The notes beneath the pieces are model-generated. The model saw nothing but the letters and a program-made list of their open reading frames with translations. It was not told where the DNA came from and did no database searches. From Tubulanus polymorphus (Eukaryota > Animalia > Nemertea): a DNA stretch of 64,000 nt. Where the stretch lies: the NCBI RefSeq assembly GCF_964204645.1, contig NC_134028.1, positions 21,510,345-21,574,344 on the forward strand, written 5' to 3'. This document shows, one piece after another, positions 11,215 through 63,941 of the stretch (position 1 is its first letter; each line of letters starts with the position of its first letter). Position numbers and translations under genes: made by a program.

Positions 11215-14062
11215 ACAGTTTTGGGTAACGTGATACATACATATAAAAAATAGTGAACTGTTGAACTGTTAACTGTTATTCTTCACTGGTTTTTGTTTTA
11301 TAGGGATGGTCTACTAACGCAACGTCGAGGTCCAAAAGAATATCCTAAATACCCTGATATTTCCCTGATCCTTAAGCTTATCCATATCCTCAATGGGATC
11401 CCTGTTTCTTCTGCTTCGTCATATTCTGAACCTCACTAATGTATACAATTGATTCCCTTACGTAAACAAAGACCACATGGATAGCCCTAACCCTAACTTC
11501 TGATAGGCCAGGACTGGTCACCTGGTATGCCAATTACCCACATGCTTAACCCTAACCGTACTTTCTAAAAGGTTTGTGCTGGTCACCTGGTATTCACAAA
11601 CAGACCACACAACATGGCCAAATCTCAACAGGAATTGTCATGAATTTCTATTCCTCCTTTTTAAAATCCTGAAGTTTCGAGTCCAAATCAGTGAACTCCA
11701 TATTACAATATCACTATCAGTTTGAGTCAACCTCGTCAACCTGGCAGAGAAATGGCAGATTTGTCATTTTAAACGTAGAACTAGAAAAGGAAAGCGTACG
11801 GAATTGGTAACATTTGTACATTACTTGAAAAAGTCCCCTAAGTACGCTCTGAGCAGATATTCACCTTTACTCTGATGTCTAAGTCAGTGATGCTCTGAGA
11901 CCAGGAGTAATTATCACGTACGGCTCCATTATAACATTCAGGGTTCGATACATAGGTTTCAGGTTTACTATCATCCATTTCTTTAATACTGCTGAAATAT
12001 CAAAATTACTGCATCTAAATAAAAGTAGTCATACTGTTATAACAATCATGTTACTTATGACATTCAATCATTGTGAACTACGAATAAACTCTAGACATTT
12101 TATCTTACGCAAAATGGGATTTTCAAGATTTCATTCATATTATGAGATGAAATATTTAAAGGTAGTGGTTGCATGTTACAGATTGATCAATGCATTACGT
12201 GATGCTGGGATCATTGAACTAATTATCATGGCTCGCAACGATAAAAAGACGACAAGCCATAAGCCACTACAGTTCTCGGGCTCAGGCTCAAACGTGAACT
12301 GCAATGACCATGTGTTAGTTCCCATAGAATTTTGGATATGTTGTACACTGTAGTAAGATCTTGTCAAGAAAACTTTTTGAATTTCAATCTTGTTCCTCAG
12401 TAATGAGGTCATCTTCAAGATCACGTCAATAAAAACCAATTCTTAGTGCCTAGTTCTGCCACTCGGTGGCGCACCGGACCCACATTTTTCACATTCGTTA
12501 AATTTTGTGAAGACAACTTTTTGAATTTCGACCCCGTTCCTGAATTCATTTTCAAGGTCATGTCGTTACTGCAAAACAGTTCTGCTACAAATCCTGCACT
12601 TGGTCCGTTCTTAACGCTGCACAACTAGACCCCCATACTAACATTGTAACTATGTTTCATAAAGATTGACCCACTATTTATGAAACTAATTAACTGAAGG
12701 AGTCACACATGCAAACAGAGAATAAGTATCACATGGGTGCCCAAGAAACAAACATTTTACCTATTTGCCGTGTTTTTATGAGTAGTGTCTGATGCTGCCG
12801 TTGTTTTGGAATTTTGTTGGCTAGTCGTAGTTGAAGAGACAGGTCTACAGGATTCAGAGTTTGTGGTAACTTCCGGTTTAGTAGATTCAACCTCATATTC
12901 AACGACAGCTGGTGGCGGGACATCATCTACACCATAACAATAATGAAAATGCTAATAATAATAGTAATAACAATAATTGTCATTGATATAGCACAGCTAT
13001 CCTAACCAGAGTCAGTTCAGAGTCGCTCCAAATTTGGTATTATTGGTATAGTATTAGTATTTGGTATTAACAACACAAACTACATATTACTGAACCGTAA
13101 AACAATAAACATTGTTCGCCATAGGATTCAAGATAGGCCTAATGCTGCCTGGTAATTATGAGCAGAAATGAAAAATACCTTTGATTGCCGGTGTAGGTTG
13201 AACCGGACATTCTGCTGCCTCCTTAACATTTCGATCTTCCTCAGCTTTCGTATCAAATTTCTTGAAAGCCTGTCAAACGAACAAGAAGACTGTGTTTTTT
13301 GTATCGAGCAAGCGTGTAGATGTATCAAACAATGAAACAATTACCGAATAAGCTATTTTAGCTGCAATGCCCGGGGGAAAACCCAGCTTCTCTCCTTCAC
13401 CCTTCATTACATAATAAAAGTCTGTCCTGAAAGTAGTGATGCAATAAATAGATTTAATGGTGATCATATTTACAGTTCTACGCATTGATTTCACTTGGGA
13501 GAAAATGTGATTTATATTGAATAAGGTTTTCCATATGCCGGCCCCCATAGTCATCCTATGGTTTTAGTTACCAAAAGCTTTAACTAAAGACGGGGAGATG
13601 GCCGCAAATATTAATCGGCTGTCAAAAAGAAACACCTGTCAACTCAGAAACTTATGCATTCAGCGTTGTTAAAATTCATTGACGTTGTGACAAATGTTGT
13701 AATCGGTTACATTTGGACATCTAATTTTAGGCACTCTGAAGTTACTATTTCTGTGATAGGCTTAAGACCCGTGTATGGCTTATCCTGCAACATCTGCACT
13801 GAACTGAACTGAACAGAAAACAGAAAGTGAAAGTACGAGACAGAGTTATCAATAAAATTTAATTTACTTCCGTGTTGTAACTTCTCTATTCATTTCTGTT
13901 TAATGACAATAAAACTGAACGAAAGAAAATATTGAAACAAACTACAACTACTTACCTCCTATACAGAAAACCAAATATCACCTCGAGAAAGTTCGATATT
14001 TGACCTTCGTTTTGTAAAATACCCAGAAGCGCCGAATCGTATTTTTCGATGGGCGCCGCCAT
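5939..14062 (-). CDS. NUDCD3: NudC domain-containing protein 3 (NudCL-type co-chaperone), 8 coding exons, 349 aa
   Basis: Exons (minus): 14062-13956, 13426-13345, 13269-13179, 12926-12761, 11991-11865, 7909-7748, 7524-7336, 6064-5939. All introns are GT-AG, phases are consistent, total 1050 nt. Translation has MAAPIEKYDSALLGILQNEG..IFGFLYRRTDFY..LGFPPG, YNGAVRDNYSWSQ, CS domain SIWSLVPG..ERWWDSL, and C-terminal QKRLGLPQSHEK..LKKAWNIEGSPFKG, all typical of NUDCD3. Minus-strand AATAAA at 5872-5877. Confidence 0.95.
6206..7062 (-). mobile_element. Internally deleted hAT-like DNA transposon retaining a transposase N-terminal zinc-finger fragment
   Basis: 12-bp perfect TIRs CAGAGATGCTAG/CTAGCATCTCTG, 6-bp TSD CATAGC (6200-6205, 7063-7068) and subterminal TTCCGGAA repeats. 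ORF 6339-6602 (KNKFNWHWLE..AYCIVCKDQVKYGSCGKKDILRH..ARH) resembles a BED-type CxxC..H..H finger. It lies in the last intron of NUDCD3. Confidence 0.8.
9798..10861 (-). pseudogene. Intronless beta-1,3-galactosyltransferase-like (GT31) gene with one 1-bp frameshift near 10234, nested in NUDCD3 intron 5 (recent pseudogene or sequence error)
   Basis: ORFs 10220-10861 and 9798-10223 join into 354 aa if one base is added (KTDDDSYV-NLPLLKN). It has an N-terminal TM anchor (FYLCFFGCFTYICLIWFI) and GT31 motifs RQRIRQTW, VVFFLG, ESDKYKDIV, DSYRNLTLKT, KTDDD, YPDYCLGSGY and EDVFFTG. Confidence 0.85.
11076..11252. repeat. (AT)n microsatellite (about 11128-11211) at the centre of about 45-bp inverted arms
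   Basis: TATTTTTCATATGTATGTATCATGTTAACATAAAACTGTTC is mirrored by GAACAGTTTTGGGTAACGTGATACATACATATAAAAAATA on the other side of the AT run. Confidence 0.8.
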
Positions 14063-14628
14063 TTTGAAAATTGAGTTTTAAATTCAAATGAATTTGTACC
14101 GCTTTACAGCCTCATAAAATAATATCAGGGCCCCTTTTTGGAAATTTCGATATCATATTGGCTCTACGATATATCCGACTATCTGAATAATATACTAAAT
14201 GTATAATCCATCTGCTTAAACGAAATGAATTAATCGGGATTCGAACTTATTTTTAAGTTCTTCCTAACCAAAAATGTTTGATGTTTCATGTCTTGACAGG
14301 TTGAATTTTATCTAGCAAACATTCCATTCAAACATAAGAGACAAAATAAGTTCGACTCTTTTTACATACCTTACTAGTTAGATAATGCATTTGCAGTGTG
14401 TAGACCTTTAAGGGGCTGTTCGATTGATCAGTTTTAAATAGAGAAATTGATCGGGATTCGAACCTAATTTTGCGTCGATGACGTGAAATAATGTCCGATG
14501 TTTAACAGACAAGCCGATTATTATAGCTCAGTTTCAGTGCTAGTTTCGCTTCGTTCTCATCAAATTAAAGCTATTCACACGATGCCGCCGTGACCATGTA
14601 AGTCGAGTCGTTATCGTAGTTGAAGGCA
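14063..14628. promoter_or_regulatory. Shared divergent promoter region between NUDCD3 and SMG1
   Basis: The two start codons are 566 bp apart on opposite strands. There is a YY1-type AAAATGGCG overlapping the NUDCD3 ATG, TGACGT near 14479, an Inr-like TCAGTT near 14528, and a 14-bp direct repeat ATCGGGATTCGAAC near 14233 and 14450. Confidence 0.65.
14582..14601 (+). promoter_or_regulatory. Two micro-uORFs in the presumed SMG1 5' UTR (M-P-P-stop and start-stop)
   Basis: ATG CCG CCG TGA at 14582-14593 and accATG TAA at 14596-14601, ending 27 nt before the SMG1 ATG. The TSS is unknown. Confidence 0.55.
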
Positions 14629-56443
<41,815 letters not shown>

Positions 56444-57904
56444 ATCAATACGAGAGACAGGTGCAAGGACTACCTTATACAAACATACAGGACACCACAC
56501 GAGGGACGGACAGATGGACGCACGACGGTGCAGCGTCAATCACGTACGCGCCAATACAACACAGACAGACAGTCGGCTCCGTTTATTGTGATAAATATCG
56601 ACAATTGGTCGATGACTTTCACTTCTAAATTAACGGAACCTAGCCGCCCTCCTCCTCAGCGTAAGAATGGCTAACTCTTTAACATTTCCTGCCGTAGTCA
56701 ACTGGTAGTTTCTCATTTCTGATTTACACCGATATTTAACGACGAAAACAAAAAAAAAAACCACGACCAAGCGTTGATATTTTCTTTCGCGCTTACGTCG
56801 TACCTGAAACCGGTGAGAAATTACTCGCGGGCGTTTTTGAAAACTCGTTACTATTGGTAAATGATGAGATAAATTCTAGTTGATTCGGTACGATTCAGAG
56901 ATTCGTTGGTCACCCGGAGGAGATTAGATGAGCTGCCGAATGTTAAACATGTCTGAGGTGCAGATCTGATGCCGAGTGCTGAATAGAGAATATGACGATG
57001 GTTTCCGCTGCGAAGCGAAACGGATGGCGATAGAAGTGAGAAGGAATTATAATTGATGACGATGATGATGAAAATGATAATAATAGCAATGATGATGATA
57101 ATAATTATTTAATCGATCGAAGAATATTTGAAATAGACTGAACAGTCGGTAAGGTTGATCAGTAGCCTAGGCGTAATTAGTAAGAGATAGTTAGCGGTGG
57201 TCGAAACGATAAGAAAAAATGATGTTAACTTTAAAAAAAAATGTTTAAAAAAATTAATCTGTAAATACGTGCAGAAAGCTGGTGTTGGGAGTTGATTCAG
57301 ATTTAGTCGTTATATTAAACCGATAAATGTTAGACATACAAGTCCATTAAGGGGTTCGGGTAATGGCCTCTGGCCTGGGGTGGATTATTCTATTGTTCTA
57401 TACATTTTTTGTTCGTACTATGAAATTGTCGCGAATGGATTGTTCCAGAAAAGATGGCCGCTTCTATTTATCCTACTACGACATCATCGTAAGCGAATGT
57501 ACGAAAGTACCCGTATTCGCTGGTTTGTCAACAAAAGCTGAATAAAATCTTATCACCATGGTAATCTTCAATGTCGTAAGGGGATTTCAAAGCGGGCGGG
57601 GCTTCTTAATATGGAATATTATAGTATGATGTATCTTGAATATGGTATAGTGAAAAAATACGTTCACTCTTAGAAATCCTATGAACATAGTTTCGTCAAC
57701 TTATTTGTATTCAATGTTTAATTTACTGTCTTTATTTAGTGGGATGAAAATTTGTTCTCGTGATAGTTGCGTTGCTATTGACCGCATTGTTACAGTTCAT
57801 GCGAAAATAGGCGTACATTAGAACAGAACTATCATCTACATGTAATATATATATATATAATGATAATGATAATTAAATATCTATAGTGTTGGTTATGAAA
57901 TAAA
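56444..57904 (+). other. SMG1 3' UTR with candidate polyadenylation signals
   Basis: Follows the TGA at 56441-56443. AATAAA at 57541 and 57899; the latter is followed by a T-rich tract. Confidence 0.55.
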
Positions 57905-58398
57905 ACTACGTGCTGTAACGTGAATTGTAGCTTAATCTTGAATTTCTTTTCTGTTCCTGGCTTTTCGAGATCCACTTGTTGAGGTAAAATGTCGATCCGC
58001 TTCAGTTCAATAGTATGCTTTTGAAATTTTGCTGTTGTGACTATGGTATAGTGTGAATACCAGATGATGTACGGGACGTCGCCCTACGTCGATTTGAAAC
58101 AATTGGCTAGATATTAGGACAGGACTTAATTTGGTAGATACCGGGTATCATATTTGTTTCATTTGACACTAGATCTCGACAAACTCATCAATTCCCCGCT
58201 TTAACAGAATCTGGACGTTTATCTGTTTTCCGGCATTATTAATCGAGACCAGTGCTCTGTTTTTCAGAATTTGCAACCAAACATCTTAAGCTTTCTAATA
58301 CATGTAATTAGGAACTGCCCTTTTCTAGAATTTTTTCAATGCCCTCAAAACGAAAATTCTGATCCAGTCGGTGGCGCCGCCTAACGTACAATACGGAA

Positions 58399-58407
58399 TC
58401 ACATGAC
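58399..58407. promoter_or_regulatory. CLEAR/M-box-like E-box (GTCATGTGA on minus strand) upstream of HGSNAT
   Basis: TCACATGAC lies about 95 bp upstream of the HGSNAT ATG, next to a GC-rich patch (GGTGGCGCCGCC). Confidence 0.5.
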
Positions 58408-58501
58408 AGGACACTAGCTGGATGATGGTTAACAAGATTTTCCGTTGAATTATTTCCACTGGAACAATGATGGATTGACAAGCACTAACAGTGGCTCTAG
58501 T

Positions 58502-61500
58502 ATGGCAATATTAACGATAGTCATCAACTGTCTTGTAGTTTTAGGTGCGTTCATTCCTGCTAACACTCGGACAGACGACAATTTATTTTTAAATTTTTTA
58601 GGGCTAGGCCTAACCAGCTAACATTAACAACAACAACACACAACTAAAACTAAAACAGTTTTGTAAAACACAGCCCTGCATAGAATATTAGGCCTAATAA
58701 TAGTGGATATATTTTCCAAATGTGGCATTATTCGTACGGTTTTTTGCCTCTGGCTATGTATAATAAGATTAACGAATGTAAAATAGGCCTAACAATAAAT
58801 TATTTTATTAGGCTTTATCACAGGGGCTTGTAAACTGGCTTGGATTTTACTTCCGGGTTGTTGATAATCTCGCGAGAATGGCGCTAAATTTAAACTGCAA
58901 ATCAATTCAAAATATCACAGAAATACCTCTTGTTGATGTTGTTTATTTATCCACTATAGAGTTTCGATAAACAATTGGCTGTTAAGGATCAGTATCAGCG
59001 GGCGCGACGCCTTACTATATTAAAATAACAAGGGATGAAACGGCTTCGCTTTTGCCTGTGACCGTATTGATGCGGCGGAAACCACTGCGCATGCGTGGCA
59101 ACTTTCCGAGCGCTAGTGAGCTGTCAATCAAACTACACATTATAGTTTTTCTACATCAATTCAAAAATTGATAATTTCCTTAGAAGTGTGATTGCCTTGG
59201 CTTGACATAGGTTTTTGAGAAGAATCAATTGAACTTGAACTGATCTTAACCTTTCGGAAAGTTGCCGCGCATGCGCAGTGGTTTCCGCCGCATCAATACG
59301 GTCACAGGCAAAAGCGAAGCCGTTTCATCCCTTGTTATTTTAATATTGTAAGGCGTCGCGCCCGCTGATACTGATCCTTAACAGCCAATTGTTTATCGAA
59401 ACTCTATAGTGGATAAATAAACAACATCAACAAGAGGTATTTCTGTGATATTTTGAATTGATTTGCAGTTTAAATTTAGCACCATTCTCGCGAGATTATC
59501 AACAACCCGGAAGTAAAATCCAAGCCAGTTTACAAGCTCCTGTGGCTTTATGTTAGGGTTTCGATAGGGTTGGGTTAGGGGGGCTAAGGTGGGATAGGGT
59601 TAGGGTCTATAAGGGATAGGGTTAGGTAAGGTTGAGTGCTATATGCAGTAAAAACATTCAGTGGGATTCCGTGAGCCTCAGTGGTCTAGTGGAAAGACGC
59701 TACGCTAGCAAATAGCAATATGAACCTGTGCCAGGTTCGAATGTTCTATTTTCTCAAACAATGTTCTCCATACTTTCCTTGAATTTTCTAAATCGCGCAC
59801 AGGTTAGTGTGCATGCGAGGTGTAAACTATCCAATCAGAATGAGCCATTTGCAAAATGGCGTTAACAGAAACATTAATGCTACATTGGCAAATTATCACC
59901 TGCCTAATTAGAATAATTAGGGGCTTAGACTTCAGGAATGTCACTAACTTACAGTGTAACCCTCGCATTAGTGTAGATCATCAGTTTCCTAAGCCTAGTG
60001 GATTTGGTACCGTGATTAATGATGATTAGAAAAATAATGTCAGAAGATATGAAACAATTATTAGTACCTATGAGGCGTAACCTTACTACAATCCTGTTGC
60101 AGTACACCATGTACCCATTCTAACAGATCTAGAGGGTGAGGATTAAGAGTGTTAAACACTCTTAATCCTCACCCTCTAGATCTGTCCATCAGAATAGTCC
60201 GGACATTAGGACAATTGTCAGGAAGAATTTTGGCCAACAAGCCAGACGGGTATCATTCAGAATAGTTCGGATGACTATCCAGACGACTGTGTAGCAGTGT
60301 ATCATGCTCATTTGATTCGTGAATAAATGAAGTTCAGTAACTGGTTCTATTTTAGTATCACTAGACGGCGTGAGAGCATTAGACGGTGCAATACAGTCAC
60401 ACGGAGACGGAAGGAAGCTGCGAATGGATGAAGCTCGAATAACAATTATTGCGCAACACGATGTACCACAAACATTACACCTATTTTCATTGAGTGAAGC
60501 GTGTTATAAAGTAAGATATATGAACATTTCGTTTGTTGTCTTCGAAATCAGATTTTAATAGTCAGTAACCTGTCGGTGGTTTAGTTTCAAAACAGGATAA
60601 TTTTCGCAAACCACAAGTCCATCCGATTATAAAAGCTTACCACCAACCGATTAGGTAACTAACTAGGGTTTTGACTGCTGACACACATGGGGTCAGGCTA
60701 TGGGGCAACCTTCAATGATGCTATTATAAGCGAGGAACCAAGAGGTGTCTAGCAGTAACTCGATGTAAATAGAAGTATATGATATCGATGTAGATGAAGA
60801 AGAAAATAAAGTTCAAAATCCTTGAGCTGGTAGTTGTGGGATTCTCGTTATATTATCGTCATAACACGGATGTAGTGTAGATTATCAATCGTAACTCATC
60901 TTCTACCGGTACATTTCATCCTTTCAACCGGGTCGTGTTGATTCTTCTGTTATATGAATTATCATTGAACTGTTTTCAGTGTCAGCCGACGCAGGCCTAC
61001 TACAGAGGATCACCTGTTATAATACCGGCAGGAAAAACGGATCGAATCGTGAAAATTGCCGTAAATACAACATTCCCAGTGGAATTATACGTACTAAAAG
61101 CTGGTGATAATACATTTTGTAGGTGAGTAATTTTTGGAATGAAAACCATACCGAATACAGTGGAATCTCGTCACAGCGAAACTTCACAGGACCAGAAAAT
61201 ATGTTTGTTATAACCGATAGTTCGTTGTATCCAGTATGGAATCAATCAAATTGTCTTAATTGGGGTGAAATTCTATATTTGTTTTACCCGATGAATCGTT
61301 GTATCCTAGTTCCACTGTAGCCTAATTTATATGAGCAGCCTGAGTAAGGATTAGCCTGGTTAGGTTTTAGAGTTATAGACCAAACCTTAGGTTGGAATCC
61401 TATTCTATTTATGAACATGTCATATTTTTGGCCAAATAAGCGTTGAATGAATTGAAACGCCTTGCAATATTGTAGTAAGAGATATGTGCTGTATGAAGGA

Positions 61501-63941
61501 TGGCATTACAACTATACAATATCAGGTGGCGCCGTTGAAAGATGCAAAATGATGACAACCTTGAGCAAAGTTACTGTTGATTTACGTAAGTTCAGAAAGT
61601 TTACATGAATAGTTCAATGAGCGTTCATTTAATCCCATTTGCAATTATGTAACATTTCGTTGATATTTTTTACCGATGAAAGATGTCTCTTATTTCAGCG
61701 GTGTTTATAGCTCTAGGACTCATGATAAGTATCGCAGCGATGTGGTACCTTTGCAAGTGGCTCATAAACAAACAGCATCATTATCACCTGATGTGTTGTT
61801 TGGAGACAAAACTTCTCATCAACAGTGTGAGTATATTGCGGTATCGTGTTCAGTTTCACCCTGTTTGTGAAAGATTAATTTTGTATACCAGTGCGTTTTT
61901 ATCACGTTTAACAGGATTTAGGAGCCCCTAAAACGAGTTCGAATCATGAAGAATCCAATGGGGGTATTATAACTGAACCTAGAGAGACTTGTACGATACC
62001 ATCTTGTCCTACGCCGTCATTACACGCACAGAAAAGACTGCGGTCTCTGGACACATTCAGAGGGTGAGTTCCACGGGCATTTAGCGTTGAGACCTAGTTC
62101 TACAGTTGTGAGTAATAGTCAACTCTGAACTCAGGATCCAGATCCAGTTCCACAACTTTTTGAATTGTAATCAGTTAAAGTTCATTTGTTCCTATCATAT
62201 ATTCCTCATTTCATCATCAACATTTCAGTGACCCTTACAGCACTAAGATCCATAGAAATTGAACTAACGTTTAATATTGGCAGTTCAAGTATTTAGTATA
62301 CGGAATCATCACTTATATATTTCAGTATAAGCATCGTTATTATGATATTTGTGAACTATGGAGGTGGAGGATATTGGTATTTTAAACATTCGGCATGGAA
62401 TGGACTGACTGTAGCCGATCTTGTTTTCCCTTGGTGAGTAACGTCTCTCATTGAAACCGTCGATCGTGCGTAGGCCGATCGTTTTCCTTCCTCGGCAGGG
62501 ATTCAAACTATCGTAGTCACAGTGTGAGAAACCCTGCTCGAAGAACAAATTGTTAGGTGTCCAATCAGATTGCCAATTGTGATAATCGCTTGACAAATTC
62601 ATGAATAGATATTGAGCAAGCGTAGTGGGCGAGTGGTTAGAGCGTTCGACTCTGGGAAGCCAGGTCGTGGGTTTTAACCCTGTATATTATCTTGTACATC
62701 GGAATAACCGAGGCTAGATTTTCTTAGGTTTCACACGCAAAGCTACTACATGCTTCACTAATAGACTTGCCCTATTTTCTATTTAGGTTTATCTTTATAA
62801 TGGGCACGTCAACTGCATTTTCGTTTAAAGGACAGCTGAGAAAAGCGATACCGAAATGGAAAATATTTCTACGAATCGTCAGAAGATCGGTAACTCTAAT
62901 TTTACTGGGATTACTCGTGAACACTGGACCTAAATGTAGGTTGATCATCGTCATTTTAAGGCATGTTTATTACCCCCCCCCCTCGACTGAGATCCTGTAT
63001 TCATCTGATTTCAGCTCATGATATAAACACGATGCGGATACCCGGAGTATTACAGAGGTTTGGATTGGTTTATTTCTTCATTGCTTCCGTTCATTTGATA
63101 TTTGCCCGAGTTGAAGACAGGAATCAGGTACCGGTAAAATTAATCCAATTCTGTAACTACTATGCATCCGCTAACATACACACATTTAACACACTCCCTT
63201 CTGTATTTTCAGAACAAGATTTGGGCACCTATGAGAGATATATTTAATTTCTGGGCCGAATGGATTTTGTATCTGGGCGTTTTGATCGCACATATTTGCT
63301 TAACATTCCTATTACCAGTTCCGAATTGTCCGACGTAAGTCAAGTTCAACTTTATCATAATGTATATACAGTAGAACTGGCATAAGTCGGACACGTTGGG
63401 ACAACGGGAAAATGTCCGACTTAGAAAAAATACTATTATGAGTAATGAGTCTTTTTGAAAAGAACTGAAATTAGCCGACAGACTTAGTGATGGAAAAATG
63501 CATTGCTTTGAATCTTTTGGAACATATATTCTAGCCGACTTCCAGAATCTGACTCAGAGACAGATTTTGATTGGAAAATGAACTGAAAAAATCGGGACCT
63601 TGGAATTTCAGCCAACTTTGTCGATTTTCGGACTTAAAGCTGTCCGACTTACGCCAGTTCTACTGTAGTTGCAACTAACAGTGATTGTTAAGACTAATGC
63701 ACCGTTTCACTCCCAACTCGGCACTGGTTAACTGCTTAAGTCTGAATTTTACTCAAATTTTTTTGGAAACCCAACTCTGAATTGGTTATATCGTCGATGT
63801 GTTTTATGTTACAGTGGTTACATCGGTCCTGGTGGACTGAGTGAGAACTCATCATATTATAACTGTACAGGAGGTGCTGCTGGCTACATCGATAGAATAG
63901 TGTTCAGTGTCAATCACATATATCAACACCCGACCAGTATG
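58502..63941 (+). CDS. HGSNAT: Heparan-alpha-glucosaminide N-acetyltransferase, 5' part (11 exons; continues beyond window)
   Basis: Exons 58502-58544,60356-60510,60980-61122,61476-61585,61699-61826,61915-62063,62326-62433,62787-62935,63015-63127,63213-63334,63815-63941; GT-AG and phase-consistent. It has a signal peptide-like start and the motifs [68 protein letters not shown] and [12 protein letters not shown]. Exon 1 is less certain than the rest. Confidence 0.93.
58703..59899 (+). mobile_element. Older relative of the 15851-16240 element (telomere-like tract plus tRNA-like cassette), interrupted by a long-TIR MITE
   Basis: Degenerate TIRs GTGGATATATTTTCCAAATGTGGCATTA ... TAATGCTACATTGGCAAATTATCAC. 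The internal order matches the first element: AACAATAAA..TTTTATT, TTAGGG tract, AAAACATTC, A-box TGGTCTAGTGG, B-box GGTTCGAAT, CGCGCAC, CCAAT. Confidence 0.65.
58819..59544. mobile_element. Young foldback MITE with about 290-bp near-perfect TIRs and 7-bp TSD
   Basis: GCTTTAT|CACAGGGGCTTGTAAACTGG ... CCAGTTTACAAGCTCCTGTG|GCTTTAT. Arms 58819-59109 and 59254-59544 differ at only a few positions; the spacer is 144 bp. Confidence 0.9.
60123..60185. repeat. Perfect 31-bp inverted repeat with 1-nt spacer
   Basis: ACAGATCTAGAGGGTGAGGATTAAGAGTGTT-A-AACACTCTTAATCCTCACCCTCTAGATCTGT. Confidence 0.95.
62618..62682 (+). mobile_element. Decayed tRNA-derived fragment (SINE head or tRNA pseudogene)
   Basis: A-box-like TGGGCGAGTGGTTAGAGCG and a damaged B-box GGGTTTTAACCC; no complete acceptor stem. 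Confidence 0.4.
63369..63665. mobile_element. Tc1/mariner (Tigger/pogo-like) MITE, TA TSD
   Basis: TA|CAGTAGAACTGGCATAAGTCGGACA ... TGTCCGACTTACGCCAGTTCTACTG|TA. Confidence 0.8.

Noticed and set aside
14598-14619. Perfect GTAAGT donor followed by CGTAG, suggesting a tiny 5' UTR intron
   Set aside because: At 22 nt it is far too short for a spliceosomal intron. Use of the donor with a distant acceptor cannot be excluded without RNA data.
62618-62682. Possible intronic tRNA gene
   Set aside because: The T-loop/B-box is damaged (GGTTTTAA) and the 3' acceptor strand is missing.
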